Notes: generated by a model not told the origin, from the letters alone. DNA of 64,000 bases from Candidatus Marinacidobacterales bacterium (GCA_965237955.1 OZ250169.1:6400001-6464000), one strand, 5' to 3'. Shown: positions 20,834 to 33,932, counted from the stretch's first letter. Numbers and translations are program-made.

Positions 20834-21844
20834 ATGAAAGCCTTCTACGATGAGAACGTAGATCCCAAAGCCTTCGAAGGGGAGACGGTGGCGGTCTTGG
20901 GTTATGGAATTCAGGGGCGGGCGCAGGCCCTCACCCTTCGGAACAGCGGCGTCGAGGTGATGGTGGGGAACCGGGAGGACGCCTACCGGGAGCGCGCCGT
21001 CGAGGACGGTTTCGGGGTCCTCACGGTGGAGGAGGCGAGCCGGCGCAGTAGCATCATCATCGTCTTACTTCCGGACGAGATCCAGCCCGAGGTGTTCGAG
21101 TCCGCCATTCGATCCGGACTGAGCGCCGGCAACGCTCTGGTTTTCGCCCATGGTTTTGCCGTCCACTACGGCCTCATCGAGCCGCCCGAGGACGTGGACG
21201 TCTTGCTCCTCGCCCCCCGAATGCCGGGCTCTTTTCTGCGCGAGCGCTACCTCAAGGGCTGGGGCATTCCGGCCTTCGTGAGCGTCCGGCACGACGCGAG
21301 CGGGCGGGCTTGGCCGAGGCTTCTCGCGCTTGCGGGCGCTCTCGGCGTCACCCGCTGCGCCGCCATCGAGGCGAGCTTCGCGCAAGAGACGGAGCTCGAT
21401 CACTTCTCGGAGCACTTCACCTATCCGTTGATCTTCCGGGCCCTGGAGGTGGTCTTCGAGACGCTGGTCGAGGCCGGCTATCCGCCCGAGCTTGCGCTCA
21501 TGGAGCTCCATGGGTCGGAGGAGCTCGGGCAAGTGCTCGTGGCGGCCGCAAGCGAAGGGCTGTTTCCTATGCTCGATGCGCACGCCTCGCCGGCCTGTCA
21601 GGTAGGGATCGCTCATTATTGGGAGCATGCGCTCGGTCCCACCCGGGAGCTGAAAAGGCGCGCTCGCGAGGTGCTCAAGGGGATCAAGGATGGGAGCTTC
21701 GCCCGGCACTTGGTCCGTGAGGCGAAGAGCTCCTATCCCGAGCTCCGGCGTTGGCGGGGCGCCCGTTCGCTCAATCTCGCGCAGGCCGAGAAGCGCTTGC
21801 GGGAGAAGCTGCGCGGCCAGCCGCAGGCTCATCGGGGGCAATAG
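20834..21844 (+). CDS. ilvC: Ketol-acid reductoisomerase-like protein (class I KARI fold)
   Basis: VAVLGYGIQGRAQALTLRNSG, LLPDEIQ, FAHGF; divergent ETELDHFSEH. Confidence 0.7.
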   Translation: MKAFYDENVDPKAFEGETVAVLGYGIQGRAQALTLRNSGVEVMVGNREDAYRERAVEDGFGVLTVEEASRRSSIIIVLLPDEIQPEVFESAIRSGLSAGNALVFAHGFAVHYGLIEPPEDVDVLLLAPRMPGSFLRERYLKGWGIPAFVSVRHDASGRAWPRLLALAGALGVTRCAAIEASFAQETELDHFSEHFTYPLIFRALEVVFETLVEAGYPPELALMELHGSEELGQVLVAAASEGLFPMLDAHASPACQVGIAHYWEHALGPTRELKRRAREVLKGIKDGSFARHLVREAKSSYPELRRWRGARSLNLAQAEKRLREKLRGQPQAHRGQ

Positions 21845-21872
21845 TGGTGACGCGACCGGTTCTCTGTTCGGT

Positions 21873-23073
21873 GGTGCTTCCGCCATCAACTGTTACTCAG
21901 GCCGCCAGAAGCTCGTCCACGATCGGGGTGGTCGGCAGCCGGCTCGGCACGGCGTACGTGATCGCGCCGATGCTTACTAATAAAGATGGCGGCAGACACA
22001 CGAATACCTTGCGGAAAGTGAGTCGCCGGGTGGCGAGTTCGGCCTGCATCGCCGGAGTCCGGGTCTCACGCCCGAACTTCAGAGCGCCGTGCGGGCGGAC
22101 GAAGTTGTAATGACAACGCAGCAGCTCGAGATGTCTTCGAGCTTCTCCTCCGAGCGAGCATGGGAGAGCGTTCGCCGGGACAGATAGGCCGAGCCCTGTC
22201 GGATGGTCAGATTCATCCGTTCAATGAACGACGTGTTCAATGTCGACGAGTCCTCCGAGTTATTGAGCACTTCTTCGAACCGCCACGACGCTCCCATCAT
22301 CTCTCTTCGTTCGACCTTCACGATACGATCGTTTCTTCGCGTCTTGAGCACCTGGCCGTACAGAGCCGCTGGACCAAAGACGCGACGGACTCCGTGACGC
22401 TCTTCTCATAGAAATCGAATCCGTCGGTGACGATCAAGGGAAGACGCTCGAAATCCATCCGGTTCGCGACGTCGCGCAGTAGAGCGAGCGCGCTTCGTGT
22501 TTCGGTAGCTTCGTCTTCCAGTCACTGTCGATGGCCAGAGCCGCGACCAAACCTCGATCGCGACGAATATCCACGTTGGCCGCGTCTTGCCGCCGGCGAA
22601 GGAGCGAATCTCGTCCGCCTGCAGCTCCTCGACGCCGAATTCGGCAGTCCGTCTCTGGTTGAAGCCACGGCAAACGTCGGCGGCTTTCTCAAGCCATCGA
22701 GCGACGGTGTTCCAGGCAAGCCCTTCGATCCGAGCAATCGCGTAAATGCTGACACCTTCGACTCTGAGAGCGACCACTGCGTCGAAAGTCGCCCTTCGAT
22801 GGAGAGTGTGCCTTTCGTCGAAGAGAACGTCTTTTCGCACTCGACGCACCGGTAGCGACGGCGTTTCCCGGATCTCGTCCGGTAGAATCCGTGCCGAACA
22901 ACGTTCCCGGAGCCGACTTTTTCATGCGGACGACATTCGGGGTTGAGACAGCTCGGACTTTTCACTCGCGTGGGCCTTGTCGACGAAAGAACTACGTCCG
23001 TCGAAATCAGGCGCAAACTCTAGCACGCAGACTGTTTAGGGCCTGCCCACCAACACTTGATTGCGGAAGCACC
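21873..23073 (-). mobile_element. IS1-family element with degraded transposase
   Basis: IR ggtgcttccgc(c/a)atcaa; zinc-finger RYRCVEC, LQADEIRSF, NTSFIERMNLTIRQ. Confidence 0.85.
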
Positions 23074-23262
23074 GATCGTTCCGCGCCCGTGCTGTGTCTG
23101 AATCACAGCCAGCACGCTCCTCTGCGCGTGAATTCCGCTAGCCACGCGTCGGATTCAGCTCAGCTTTGACCAACGACTCATGCGAACCCCCCTCAAGTTG
23201 GAATTCTGCCTCCCCAGGCATGCCGACAGACCTTGATTTTTCCTATCCTTTTTCCTATCCTT
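23074..23262 (+). mobile_element. IS91-like ori tail with a tandemly duplicated terminus
   Basis: ttgatttttcctatcctt tttcctatcctt; resembles the ori ends at 4156 and 13320. Confidence 0.55.
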
Positions 23263-23329
23263 CAAAAAAGGAGATGACGCTAAAGGGAAAGAAAGAATAC
23301 AAAAAGAAGGAAGAACTAAAAAGGAGGAC

Positions 23330-25369
23330 ATGATGAAAAAAATCCATAATTTGAAACTTTTTGGATTGGTGGCCTTCCTGGCTTTTGCTTTGGTTTTTAT
23401 TGGTATAGACGTTATTGAAGGCCAAACCCAAGACCGCCCAGCACTGGAAGATTACAGGATCATGCCAATTTTTCCTGGGCAACCTGTATCGGATCCACAG
23501 ATATCCCCTGACGGTACCAAAGTTCTCTTCACTTACAGGACCGCGAACGTGAAAGAGGACAGATACCACAGCCACATATGGCTCCTCCCCTTGGATGAGA
23601 AAAAGCCGAAACAGTTTACATACGGCAACGGCAACGACAGCCATCCCAGATGGTCCCCAGATGGGAAGACCATCCTTTTCCTCTCCGATCGTTTGAGCGA
23701 GGAGAATAAACCAGGGATGCAGATATTCGTGATCCCTGCCGACGGCGGTGAGGCAAGATGTCTTACCTCTGTAGAGGAAGGCGTTGAGCGCCCCACCTGG
23801 TCCCCCGACGGCAAGACCATACTTTTTCTCTCAAACGTCTTCAAAGGTGAGAGAGCGAAGGGCAGCGACATCATGATCATCAGACGCATGCCTTACAGGA
23901 ATACTAGTGGTGAATATATATATGACAAGTGGACGCATCTCTTCTCAGTCCCGTCCAAAGGCGGTGAGGTAAAGCAGCTGACCGATGGAGAGTTCAACAT
24001 AAATATGGCCGTCTGGTCCCCCGATGGCAGCCGCGCAGTCTTTCTCTCTCGCGGGCGCATCTACACCATCTCCTCAAAAGGAGGAGATCCAGAGCTTCTG
24101 TGGAAGGCTAACGGATCTATAGGAGCTCTAGGATTGTCCCCGGATGGGAAGTACTTCGCTTTCGGTGCGAGTGAAAGGGTTAGAGCGGACCCTGCCCCCC
24201 CCTTCTTTAGAAATTCCGACATTTCCGTCTTACCAGTAGAAGGCGGTGAGCCTGAGAACCTCACGGCTGACTTCGATAGGGATGTCAGCCGGAGTCCGTT
24301 GATTTGGTCTCCTGACTCCAAATACATCTACTTTTGGACTGACGACCACGGGAGCAGACACCTGTACAGGGTTAGCTTGAACAGAGAGGTGGAGAGGGTG
24401 ACCGAGGGAAATATTACCGTAGGGGGCTTAAGCCTGGACAGAACTGGTTCTGTTCTCGTCTTCAACGCTTCGGATGCTATGACCCCGACGGAGCTCTGGA
24501 TAAAGGATGAAAAAGGCACGAGGCGCCTCACGGAGATGAACGAGGGGTTGCTGAGCAAGCTGAGGTTGAGCAAGCCCGAGGAGTTCTGGTTCACCGCCAG
24601 CGACGGCGTCAAAGTCCAGGGATGGATAGTCAAGCCCCATGAATTAAAAGAGAAGGAGAGGTACCCGACGATCTTCTTGCTACACGGTGGGCTATACAGG
24701 GGTTCATACGGATTCCGACCGATGCCGCGCGCGCAGGTATTAGCGGACCACGGCTTCGCTGTGGTGTACATGAACTTTAGGGGCAGTGGCGGGTACGGAG
24801 AAGCCTTCGCAGGCGAGGTCTTATTCTCGCCCTCTGCTGACGGCTCAGGCAACTGGGGTGATCGGGATTACCAGGACATCATGGAAACCGTAGACTATGT
24901 CATCAATACCTATCCCTTCATCGACCCTGAGAGGCTGGGCGTCACGGGCGGCTCATACGGAGGCTTCATGACGAGCTGGATTGTTGGGCAGACGGACCGG
25001 TTCAAGGCGGCCGTTAGCTCGGCAAGTAGGAACAACCACTACAGCAGCATGTTAACTTCTGCTAGTTATGGGACTCGCCCTGAGATCTCTGAGAGGAAGG
25101 CCCCGTGGGATAACCTGCAGCGGCTCATGGAGAAGTCCCCCATCACCTACGTCAAGAACGTGAAGACGCCGCTGTTAATCATCCACTCTGAACTGGACTT
25201 TGTTACTGCGATTGAACAGGCTGAACAGCTCTTCACAGCGCTGTGGAAGCTGAAAAAAGTTGTTGAGTTCATCAGAATCCCCAACGAGCCCCACGGCGTG
25301 AGAGGGCCTAAGCACATAGTGGAGAGGGAACAGCACACAGTCAGATGGTTTGACACATACCTAAGGTAA
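23330..25369 (+). CDS. S9-family (acylaminoacyl/dipeptidyl) peptidase with signal peptide
   Basis: WSPDG (PD40) repeats; catalytic triad GGSYGG, HSELD, NEPH. Confidence 0.93.
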   Translation: MMKKIHNLKLFGLVAFLAFALVFIGIDVIEGQTQDRPALEDYRIMPIFPGQPVSDPQISPDGTKVLFTYRTANVKEDRYHSHIWLLPLDEKKPKQFTYGNGNDSHPRWSPDGKTILFLSDRLSEENKPGMQIFVIPADGGEARCLTSVEEGVERPTWSPDGKTILFLSNVFKGERAKGSDIMIIRRMPYRNTSGEYIYDKWTHLFSVPSKGGEVKQLTDGEFNINMAVWSPDGSRAVFLSRGRIYTISSKGGDPELLWKANGSIGALGLSPDGKYFAFGASERVRADPAPPFFRNSDISVLPVEGGEPENLTADFDRDVSRSPLIWSPDSKYIYFWTDDHGSRHLYRVSLNREVERVTEGNITVGGLSLDRTGSVLVFNASDAMTPTELWIKDEKGTRRLTEMNEGLLSKLRLSKPEEFWFTASDGVKVQGWIVKPHELKEKERYPTIFLLHGGLYRGSYGFRPMPRAQVLADHGFAVVYMNFRGSGGYGEAFAGEVLFSPSADGSGNWGDRDYQDIMETVDYVINTYPFIDPERLGVTGGSYGGFMTSWIVGQTDRFKAAVSSASRNNHYSSMLTSASYGTRPEISERKAPWDNLQRLMEKSPITYVKNVKTPLLIIHSELDFVTAIEQAEQLFTALWKLKKVVEFIRIPNEPHGVRGPKHIVEREQHTVRWFDTYLR

Positions 25370-25445
25370 ACGTGAGATCTTTATATGAGAGATGAAATAA
25401 CTATTTGGGTTCCACATCAATTGTTCACACAACTATCATTAAATG

Positions 25446-25803
25446 GGTGCTTCCGCGATCAAGTGTTGGTGGGCAGGCCCTAAACAGTCTGCGTGCTAGA
25501 GTTTGCACCTGATTTCGACGGACGTAGTCCTTTCGTCGACAAGGCGCACGCGAGTGAAAAGTCTGATCTGTCTCAACCCCGAATGTCGTTCGCATGAAAA
25601 AGTCGGCTCCGGGAACGTCGTTCGGCACGCCCTACTACCGTCTCCAGCATCGAAGGGCTTTCCGCGAGGTATTCGTGTGTCTGCCGCCATCCTTATTAGT
25701 AAGCATCGGCGCGATCACGTACGCCGTGCCGAGCCGGCTGCCGACCACCCCGATCGTGGACGAGCTTCTGGCGGCCTGAGTAACAGTTGATGGCGGAAGC
25801 ACC
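25446..25803 (+). mobile_element. 358-bp internally deleted derivative (MITE) of the IS1-family element at 21873-23073
   Basis: Both ends match that IS; opposite orientation. Confidence 0.88.
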
Positions 25804-26268
25804 TCGAGAAGATGCAGGAAGCGCTGGACGCCATCGGTTTCTCCGCGCCGTCGAGGAGCTAAGACGGTCTTGTGCTGCCGCTTCGGACGGAGCGCGGTCT
25901 CGGATAGAATCAGGGCAGCCCCCCGCCCTGGTCATTGATGAGATTTCCGCAACCGCTCCTTCTCGTTCTCGCCCTCGCGGTGCCCGTCCATGCGGGGCCT
26001 CAAAATGGGCCCATCGACTACGAGACGGCGCGCCTCGAACGGCGACTCATGGCGGTGCGCACGTACGGAGCCATTCTTCTCGACGGGGCGCTCGAGGAGG
26101 GCGATTGGCGCGAGGCCCCGGTAAGCCAAGGACTTCATCCAAAGAGAGCCCCGGGAGGGGGAGCCCGCCACTTTCGATACCGAGGTCCGGGTTCTCTACG
26201 ACGACCAGAACCTGTATATCGGCGTCGAGGCCTACGACAACGAGCCGGACAAGCTCATCATCCGCGAC

Positions 26269-27918
26269 CTGACCGGAAACTACTTTGCAGCAGCCTCGGG
26301 AGTGAGTGTAAAGCCGAGCTTTTCGGCTGCCTTTCGCAAGCCGTTGATGTGGTTTCGGCGAAAGCGCTCCTCGAAGGCAGATGCACCGATGTCTGTGTAT
26401 TCGTGACCATATTTGAGCATGCGGAAGACGAGCTGAGCGAGCTTTCTTGCGGTGGCAAAGATCGCGGTTTTAGCGTCTTTACGTCGGGCGATGCGGCGAT
26501 AGTAAGCACCAAGTGCGGTCTTCGAACGGTTGAGTGACAATGCAGCCATGCGTAAGGCACCGGCGATACGGTTGGAGCCGGTGCCATTGGGGCGTTTGTA
26601 GAGTAGCTTTCCACCCGAGATGGGGCGGCGCGGCGCAAGACGGAGCCACGAGACAAAGTGATTTTCACTGGGGAAGGCAGAGAGGTCGAACCCGACCTCG
26701 GTGAGTAGGATCGCGGCGGTATCGGGGCTGATGCCGTCGATGCGGGTGAGATCGCATCCAGCAAAACGCCACAGTTCGGTTCGCTGTTCCTGCTCGCCGC
26801 GGCGCCGCATGGCGCTTTGCTTGTTCGGGTTCGGATGAGCGGGCACACTGTCGTGTCTGCGCTCGGTCGGCTGAAGCTCGATGACCACTTCACGGATAGA
26901 CGCTGGTCGTAGAGTTCGATTTCGGCTTGTAGCACATCGTAAAGGCGCAGCGCCGATGCGAGATTGAAAAGATGCTCGTCACGCCAAGTGCCGGTGAGAT
27001 GCTCTGCGATTTCGTCTACGCTTTTCTTGCATCGATGATCTCGAAACTCGGCGAGCTTCATCGGGTCACGTTCGCCAGAAACGATGGCACGAACGATGAG
27101 CATTCCGGTCTTACCGGTAATGTCGGTCACCGCACGGTGGACTTGCACGTTCATCTGGTCCAGAGCCTTCTGCATCCATTGGACGGCTTGGCCCCGATGC
27201 TCGATTAGTTCTTGACGCTGCCGGTGCATCGAGCGTAATCGGCAAATCGACTCCCCCGGGCGAAACGAGCCACGCAGAAGTCCGCAGCTGTGTAACGTCT
27301 GCAGCCATTGACAATCTTGCATATCGGTTTTGCGACCCGGAACGTTCTTCAGCTGCCGAGCGTTGACAAGAACGACCTCGATACCACGGGATTCGAGCAA
27401 CTCATAAACCGGAATCCAATAGACGTGGGTGCTTTCCATCGCCACCGACTCCACACCTTGCTCGATAAGCCAATCCGCAAGCTCAACCAGCGCCGGCGTT
27501 GTCGTGGAAAACACCCGCACGTTCGGCCGACCATCAGCTAGCTGCGGACCGCAGACCCAATGCTCTCGACTCCCGAGATCGATGCCCGCTACCATCGGTC
27601 GTATCGACGGCAGGGAATTCCGTGAGAGACGCTTCGCCGCTTTGCTCTTCCTTCGTTTGTTCATTCGCTCACCTCAAGTGTATTTTGTGAGCGAAGGCTC
27701 CGGCCCGAGATGGCGATCGAATGGATTCTGACCGTGGGGAGTGCTTTCGTTGGAAGCCTCGCCAATGATAGGGAGCCGGCTCGGACCCAAGCTGACCCTG
27801 GGGCATCATGCACCAATGACAGTACGGGGCTCGCTGCCGGAGCCTTCACCGACAACCTTTCTACCAGCTTTGGTAGTTTCCTACTTGATAGGCCCGGCCT
27901 CCGGCCGGGGGCGTAGCT
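26269..27918 (-). mobile_element. IS110-family element; recombinase 26280-27664, frameshifted near 26890
   Basis: GIDLGS, AMESTHVYW, PGRKTDMQD, ATARKLA; no IRs; ctgacc at both junctions. Confidence 0.92.
27693..27847 (-). ncRNA. Putative IS110 bridge RNA
   Basis: 12-bp closing stem gaaggctccggc/gccggagccttc; internal 7-mers match the target (27792) and donor (27728) junctions. Confidence 0.65.
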
Positions 27919-29870
27919 GACCCGTGACTACAACACGCGCTCCGTCGATTCCGTCGCCATCATCCTGGACACGTTCCACGATCGCCGCAACAGCTACACG
28001 TTCGAGACGAATCCGATGGGGGCCAAGTACGACAGTCAGTCTTTCAACGAGGGGCAGGAGTCCAACCACAACTGGGACGGCGTGTGGCACGTTGCCACCC
28101 GCATCGTAGAGACGGGCTGGACGGCGGAGATCGCCATCCCGTTCAAGACCCTGAAGTTCAGCGATGCTCGAGTTCAAACCTGGGGCGTCAACTTCATGCG
28201 CCGGAACCGGCGACTGAACGAGGACAGCTTCTGGTCGCCCATTCCAAGGATCCATACCGCAACCCGCGTTTCGCTCGCCGGGACCCTGGAGGAGATGCGG
28301 GACGTGCGTCCCGGATCGAGTTTCAAGCTCACGCCCTACGTGACCAGCGGCGTCACCGAGAACGAGCAAGCGCTCCGGGAAGGGGATTTCGATGCGGGCC
28401 TCGACGCGAAGATCGGAATCGGCACTGGCCTGACGCTGGACCTGACACTCAATACCGATTTCTCCCAGGTGGAGGCCGATGTGCAGCAGGTGAACCTGAC
28501 GCGGTTCAGCCTCTTCTTTCCCGAGAAACGAGATTTCTTCCTCGAGAACTCGGGCATCTTTCGTTTCGGTCCACCGGAGAGCCCGCGACGGAGGGCCTTT
28601 CGGAGCAGTTTCGGCCTGGCGGCTGGAGGAGGTGTGCGTGGTGGTCAGAGCCGGGGCAACGATTTACTCCTGTTCTTCAGCCGGACGATCGGCCTCTCCG
28701 AAGACGGCGAGCCCATCCCGGTACGCGCGGGAGGACGCCTTACCGGCCGCGCGGGATCCTACCAACTCGGGTTTCTCGGGATCCTGACCGGTGAAGAGAT
28801 GGGCATCTCGACGGGTGACAGCTTCAGCGTCGTGCGGGTGAAGCGAAACGTTTTCGCTAACTCCGACATCGGCGTCATGTTCATCAACCGGGAGACGATG
28901 GACTCTTCTCACTACAACCGGAGCATCGGTGTGGATGGCAACTTCCGTCTCAATCCGGCGATGGACGTCAATGCCTACATTGCCAAAACAGCTACGCCCG
29001 AGCTCGAAGGGGACGACCTCGCCGGCCGCATCGCCTACGCCTTCACCTCGAGGTCGCTGAATTTTTCGGCGTCGTACTCGAGTCTCCAGGACAATTTCAA
29101 CCCGGAAGTCGGCTTCGCGCCGCGGCTCGGCGTTCGGCGTGCGAGGGCCAACGTCCGGTACCGCTACCGTCAGCCCTGGTGGCGGGGCATCGTGCGCGAG
29201 ATCGGCCCCAACCTGGATTTCGACCACTTCACCGACCAGCAGGGCAAGGTGGTGAGCCGTTACGTCAACGTCCGCGTCTCGTTTCGGCTGCAAAGTGGTG
29301 GCATCGTCGCTCTCGGTCGACGTGGCAGCCTCGAGCAGCCCACAGATCCTTTCGAGATCCATCCCACGACGACCATCGAGCCCGGCTTCTACACCTTCGG
29401 CGAGAACTTCTTTACCGTCTTCACCGACCCGAGCCAGCTTCTCTCCAGCAACGTCAGCATCTCATCGGGCGACTTCTACTCCGGAAAGAAACAAACGTAC
29501 AGACTCGGCGGGGCGCTCAAGCTCGGCGGCCGGCTGACCGCGGTGGCCGCCTGGTCGTTCAACGACGTCGACGTCGACGAGGGGGCTTTCACGACGCATC
29601 TCGTCACGACCCGCTTCATCTACGCCTTCAGCACGAGGATGTTCCTGAACGGTCTCGTTCAGTACAACAGCGTCACCGAGGAATGGAGCAGTAACATCCG
29701 GTTCAACTTCATCTACCGCCCGCTTTCCGACTTCTTTCTCGTCTACAACGAAAGTCGGGACGATCGCGGTCAGCGCATCGACCGTGCGCTCATTGCCAAG
29801 TTCACCTACCTGTTCGATTTCTGAGCGGAACCCGGGGGCATTAAAGGGTTGATGGTCCGAGGAGCACACG

Positions 29871-30091
29871 ATGGTTCGTAGAGTCTTCTTTTTCGTCGCG
29901 ACGCTTCTTGCGCTCGCCGAGAGCGTTGCACCGGTGTCCGCCACGGGAGCTCGCGTCTGGCGAATCGAGGAAGCCTCCATCAGCGACATCCATGACGCGA
30001 TGAAACGCGGAAGACTCACGGCTCGAGAGCTGGTGCAGATTTACCTCGAGCGGATCGAAGCCTGCGACAAGCAGGGCCCGTCGCTGAATAC
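29871..30091 (+). pseudogene. Amidase N-terminus, truncated
   Basis: IEEASISDIHDAMKRGRLTARELVQIYLERIEACDKQGPSLN. Confidence 0.8.
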
Positions 30092-30493
30092 CCCTCTGGT
30101 CAAAAAACTCATGCGGCGTCTCGCTGACCCTCGTGCTCTGCGAGCCCGTGCAGCGTCGCGATGTTCTGGTGATTGAGCTCTTCCAGAGCTCGTTTGCCAA
30201 GCTGTTTTCCGATCTCGGCCAAGGTCTCCGCTCACCATCGGTCAGGCGCAAACGCCCCTGCAGCTGATCTCGAAGAATACGATTCTCGGTAACGAGGTAT
30301 TCGTTGCGCAGGAGCAGTTCTCGATCGACCGATCCCGTGATGCACGTCAGCATTGTCTTCCAGTCCATTGTGTCTCCCCGAAGAACTGGAGTAAGTACCT
30401 GACCACGGCCTGTGATTCAAACGGTCTAACGAACCTACGCCAAGCCCTCTCAAACTGGCCTGCGGTAGCGCGTTTGAGTTTATCGACCAGACG
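30092..30493 (-). mobile_element. Internally deleted integrase-core-type IS remnant
   Basis: NEYLVTENRILRDQL transposase start; IR-like tctggtcaaaaaactc / gagttatcgaccaga. Confidence 0.6.
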
Positions 30494-30559
30494 ACCAGGT
30501 AGAAGTGACTGGCCCGCTGTGACTTTGAAGGTTCCGATGACAGGATTGCCGAGTCTTCA

Positions 30560-31390
30560 CTATTCCTTCCCGCGTGTGTTCGCTGCGATGGGAAGATCGC
30601 CCAGGATGATCTGCGGTGCGAGGCCGTGCTCTGTGATGATGACCTTTGCATTGTCCTTGAGTGCGTTTTCGGTCACCTCCAACTGTTTCAAGTCCTTTGC
30701 GTTTCCAACAAAGAACTTCGCTGCTGCCTCGTTTACAAGTCTGACAGCCCTTGCCTTTCCTTCTGCGACGCGGATCGCAGCTTCCCTTTGCCCTTCCGCC
30801 AACTGGATTGCGGCGAGCTTGTCCTGTTCCGCTGCCTCGAATCTCCCTGTGGCCATAAGCTTCATCGCACGACGTTCCTGCTCGGCAGTCTTCTCTTTAT
30901 GCATAGCCTCCTTGATGTCCCTGGGCGGATCGATCAAGCGGATTTCCACTTTGCAGACTTTTAGGCCCCAGTCTTCGGTCATCTTGTCGAGAACCATCTG
31001 TAGATTCGAAGATATGCGCTCGCGGGCCGTCAGACTCTCGTCCAGGGTAAGCTCGCCGAACTCTTGCCGAAGGTTGGTCTTGGCGAGCTGAAGAACCGCT
31101 GCCTTCCAGTCATCTATGTGGTAGAAGGTCTTCTGAATCTCTTCAGCCGACAGTCCGGGTCTGACCCAGATGAGTCCATCAACCCGGATCTCAACGTTGT
31201 ATTTTGTGATGACGTGCTGCGGTTCGATGCTCATCGTATGCTCCCGAATATCACGAACTCGAGTAATACTGAGAAGAGGCCACTGCAGATGAAACCCAGG
31301 CTCAGCGAATTTCTCGTACCTTCCCAAATGTTCCACGATTCCTCGTTCGAAAGGCCTGATGGTGTACAGAGGAAAAAAGATGGTTCTCAT
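30560..31390 (-). CDS. SPFH/Band-7 (stomatin/QmcA-like) protein
   Basis: ERGIVEHLGRY, LDESLTARERI, WGLKVCKVEIRLIDPP, AEQERRA. Confidence 0.9.
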   Translation of the reverse strand: MRTIFFPLYTIRPFERGIVEHLGRYEKFAEPGFHLQWPLLSITRVRDIREHTMSIEPQHVITKYNVEIRVDGLIWVRPGLSAEEIQKTFYHIDDWKAAVLQLAKTNLRQEFGELTLDESLTARERISSNLQMVLDKMTEDWGLKVCKVEIRLIDPPRDIKEAMHKEKTAEQERRAMKLMATGRFEAAEQDKLAAIQLAEGQREAAIRVAEGKARAVRLVNEAAAKFFVGNAKDLKQLEVTENALKDNAKVIITEHGLAPQIILGDLPIAANTRGKE

Positions 31391-31878
31391 TTGCGACTCC
31401 TTTCGTTTATCTTCTGGAATTAGGCTGGCCTGATCGCGACTTCCGGCGCCGTCGTCGGGATCGGCTGCACTCCGTCGTTGGCGTCGCCGATCCGGGTGTT
31501 CACAGTGAGTCCTTTAGTGTCCGTCTTATTGCTCTACAGACAGAGACGACAAAAAGTGGAGAACAAACCGCGGCTCGGCCACATATCAGAAACAAGCAGT
31601 GCGTGACTTTATTGGGCGGGCGCCTCGGTTCCGAGCGTGACCGGAATGGTCCGGATAATGGCCCCGGGGAAAGCTCTTATCAGGCAGGCACAGGCTTCGG
31701 GGAACGCGGTAACAGATATTTGATAGCCAACGTCAGGACGATTGCCGCCAGCAGTAGCATGAGCAGGAGCCACAATTCCCTTGGAACGACGGGCTCGTAT
31801 CGCTGCTGGACCAGGATGACGAACTCCGAACCGGCGACCGGGGCGAAACTCGCAACCCAACGGCCGTCGTTTTCTTGT

Positions 31879-33190
<1,312 letters not shown>

Positions 33191-33932
33191 TGTACTGGAT
33201 CCACGTAGTCCCCGGCGAACCCTGATTCGACGGCACTCAGATACTTCTTCGGAAACCATACAGGCTCAATTCCGCGTTCGTACCCCGGATGCAGCAAGAT
33301 GACGAAGTCTGACGCACTCTCGGGGACCTTCCGGGTCTCCCCAGGAACGATGGACGAATCTCTGCGCGCCAGTAGCGCGGTGACAAATCTCGACTCTTCT
33401 ATTTCCGGCAGGCCCATCTTGCGACTCGTGGTGATCGTCGCCACAACGACGCCCACATTGTCTCCGTCGTGCCGCACCCAGGCGGAGATTCCGAACTTGT
33501 ACAGTTCGTCAGCAAGCGATTCGAAAACCTGAGAAATATATGTGCCTGACACACCGCTCAAAATTTTGAGGTAGTTGCGACCACGGAAATCGATGCCTTC
33601 CGTGTCTGGCGACATCTCAGGCCAACGCGCCAGGATTTCCCCGTTACGCTTATCAATAACGAACCAGCTCTCGAATGGAGAAGACGCGTCAAGATCGACA
33701 CGAGTGTTCCCGGTTTCTTCCATGAATGCCTGCAGGGCCGGTCGGTTTCGCTGCACCAGAAGCTCTCCAAGTCGTGGATTCTCGGCAACTCGTGCGACAG
33801 CTTGGCTCAGCTGCTGGAGGCGAATCTCGACGTGTTGGGCCTGTTGCCGAGCCAGCGCGGCCTGTACCCGGCGAGGTTCCTGCAGGCCATCCACCACATC
33901 CAAGGCAACAAACGCCAGCAACGCGACGAGCG

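Larger units (their letters stand above)
25935..29824 (+). pseudogene. CBM9/DUF5916 outer-membrane protein interrupted by IS110
   Basis: ILLDGALEE, TEVRVLYDDQNLY, IIRDL|TRDY across the IS, NTDFSQVEAD, FFPEKRDFFLE; extra frameshift near 26128. Confidence 0.85.
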
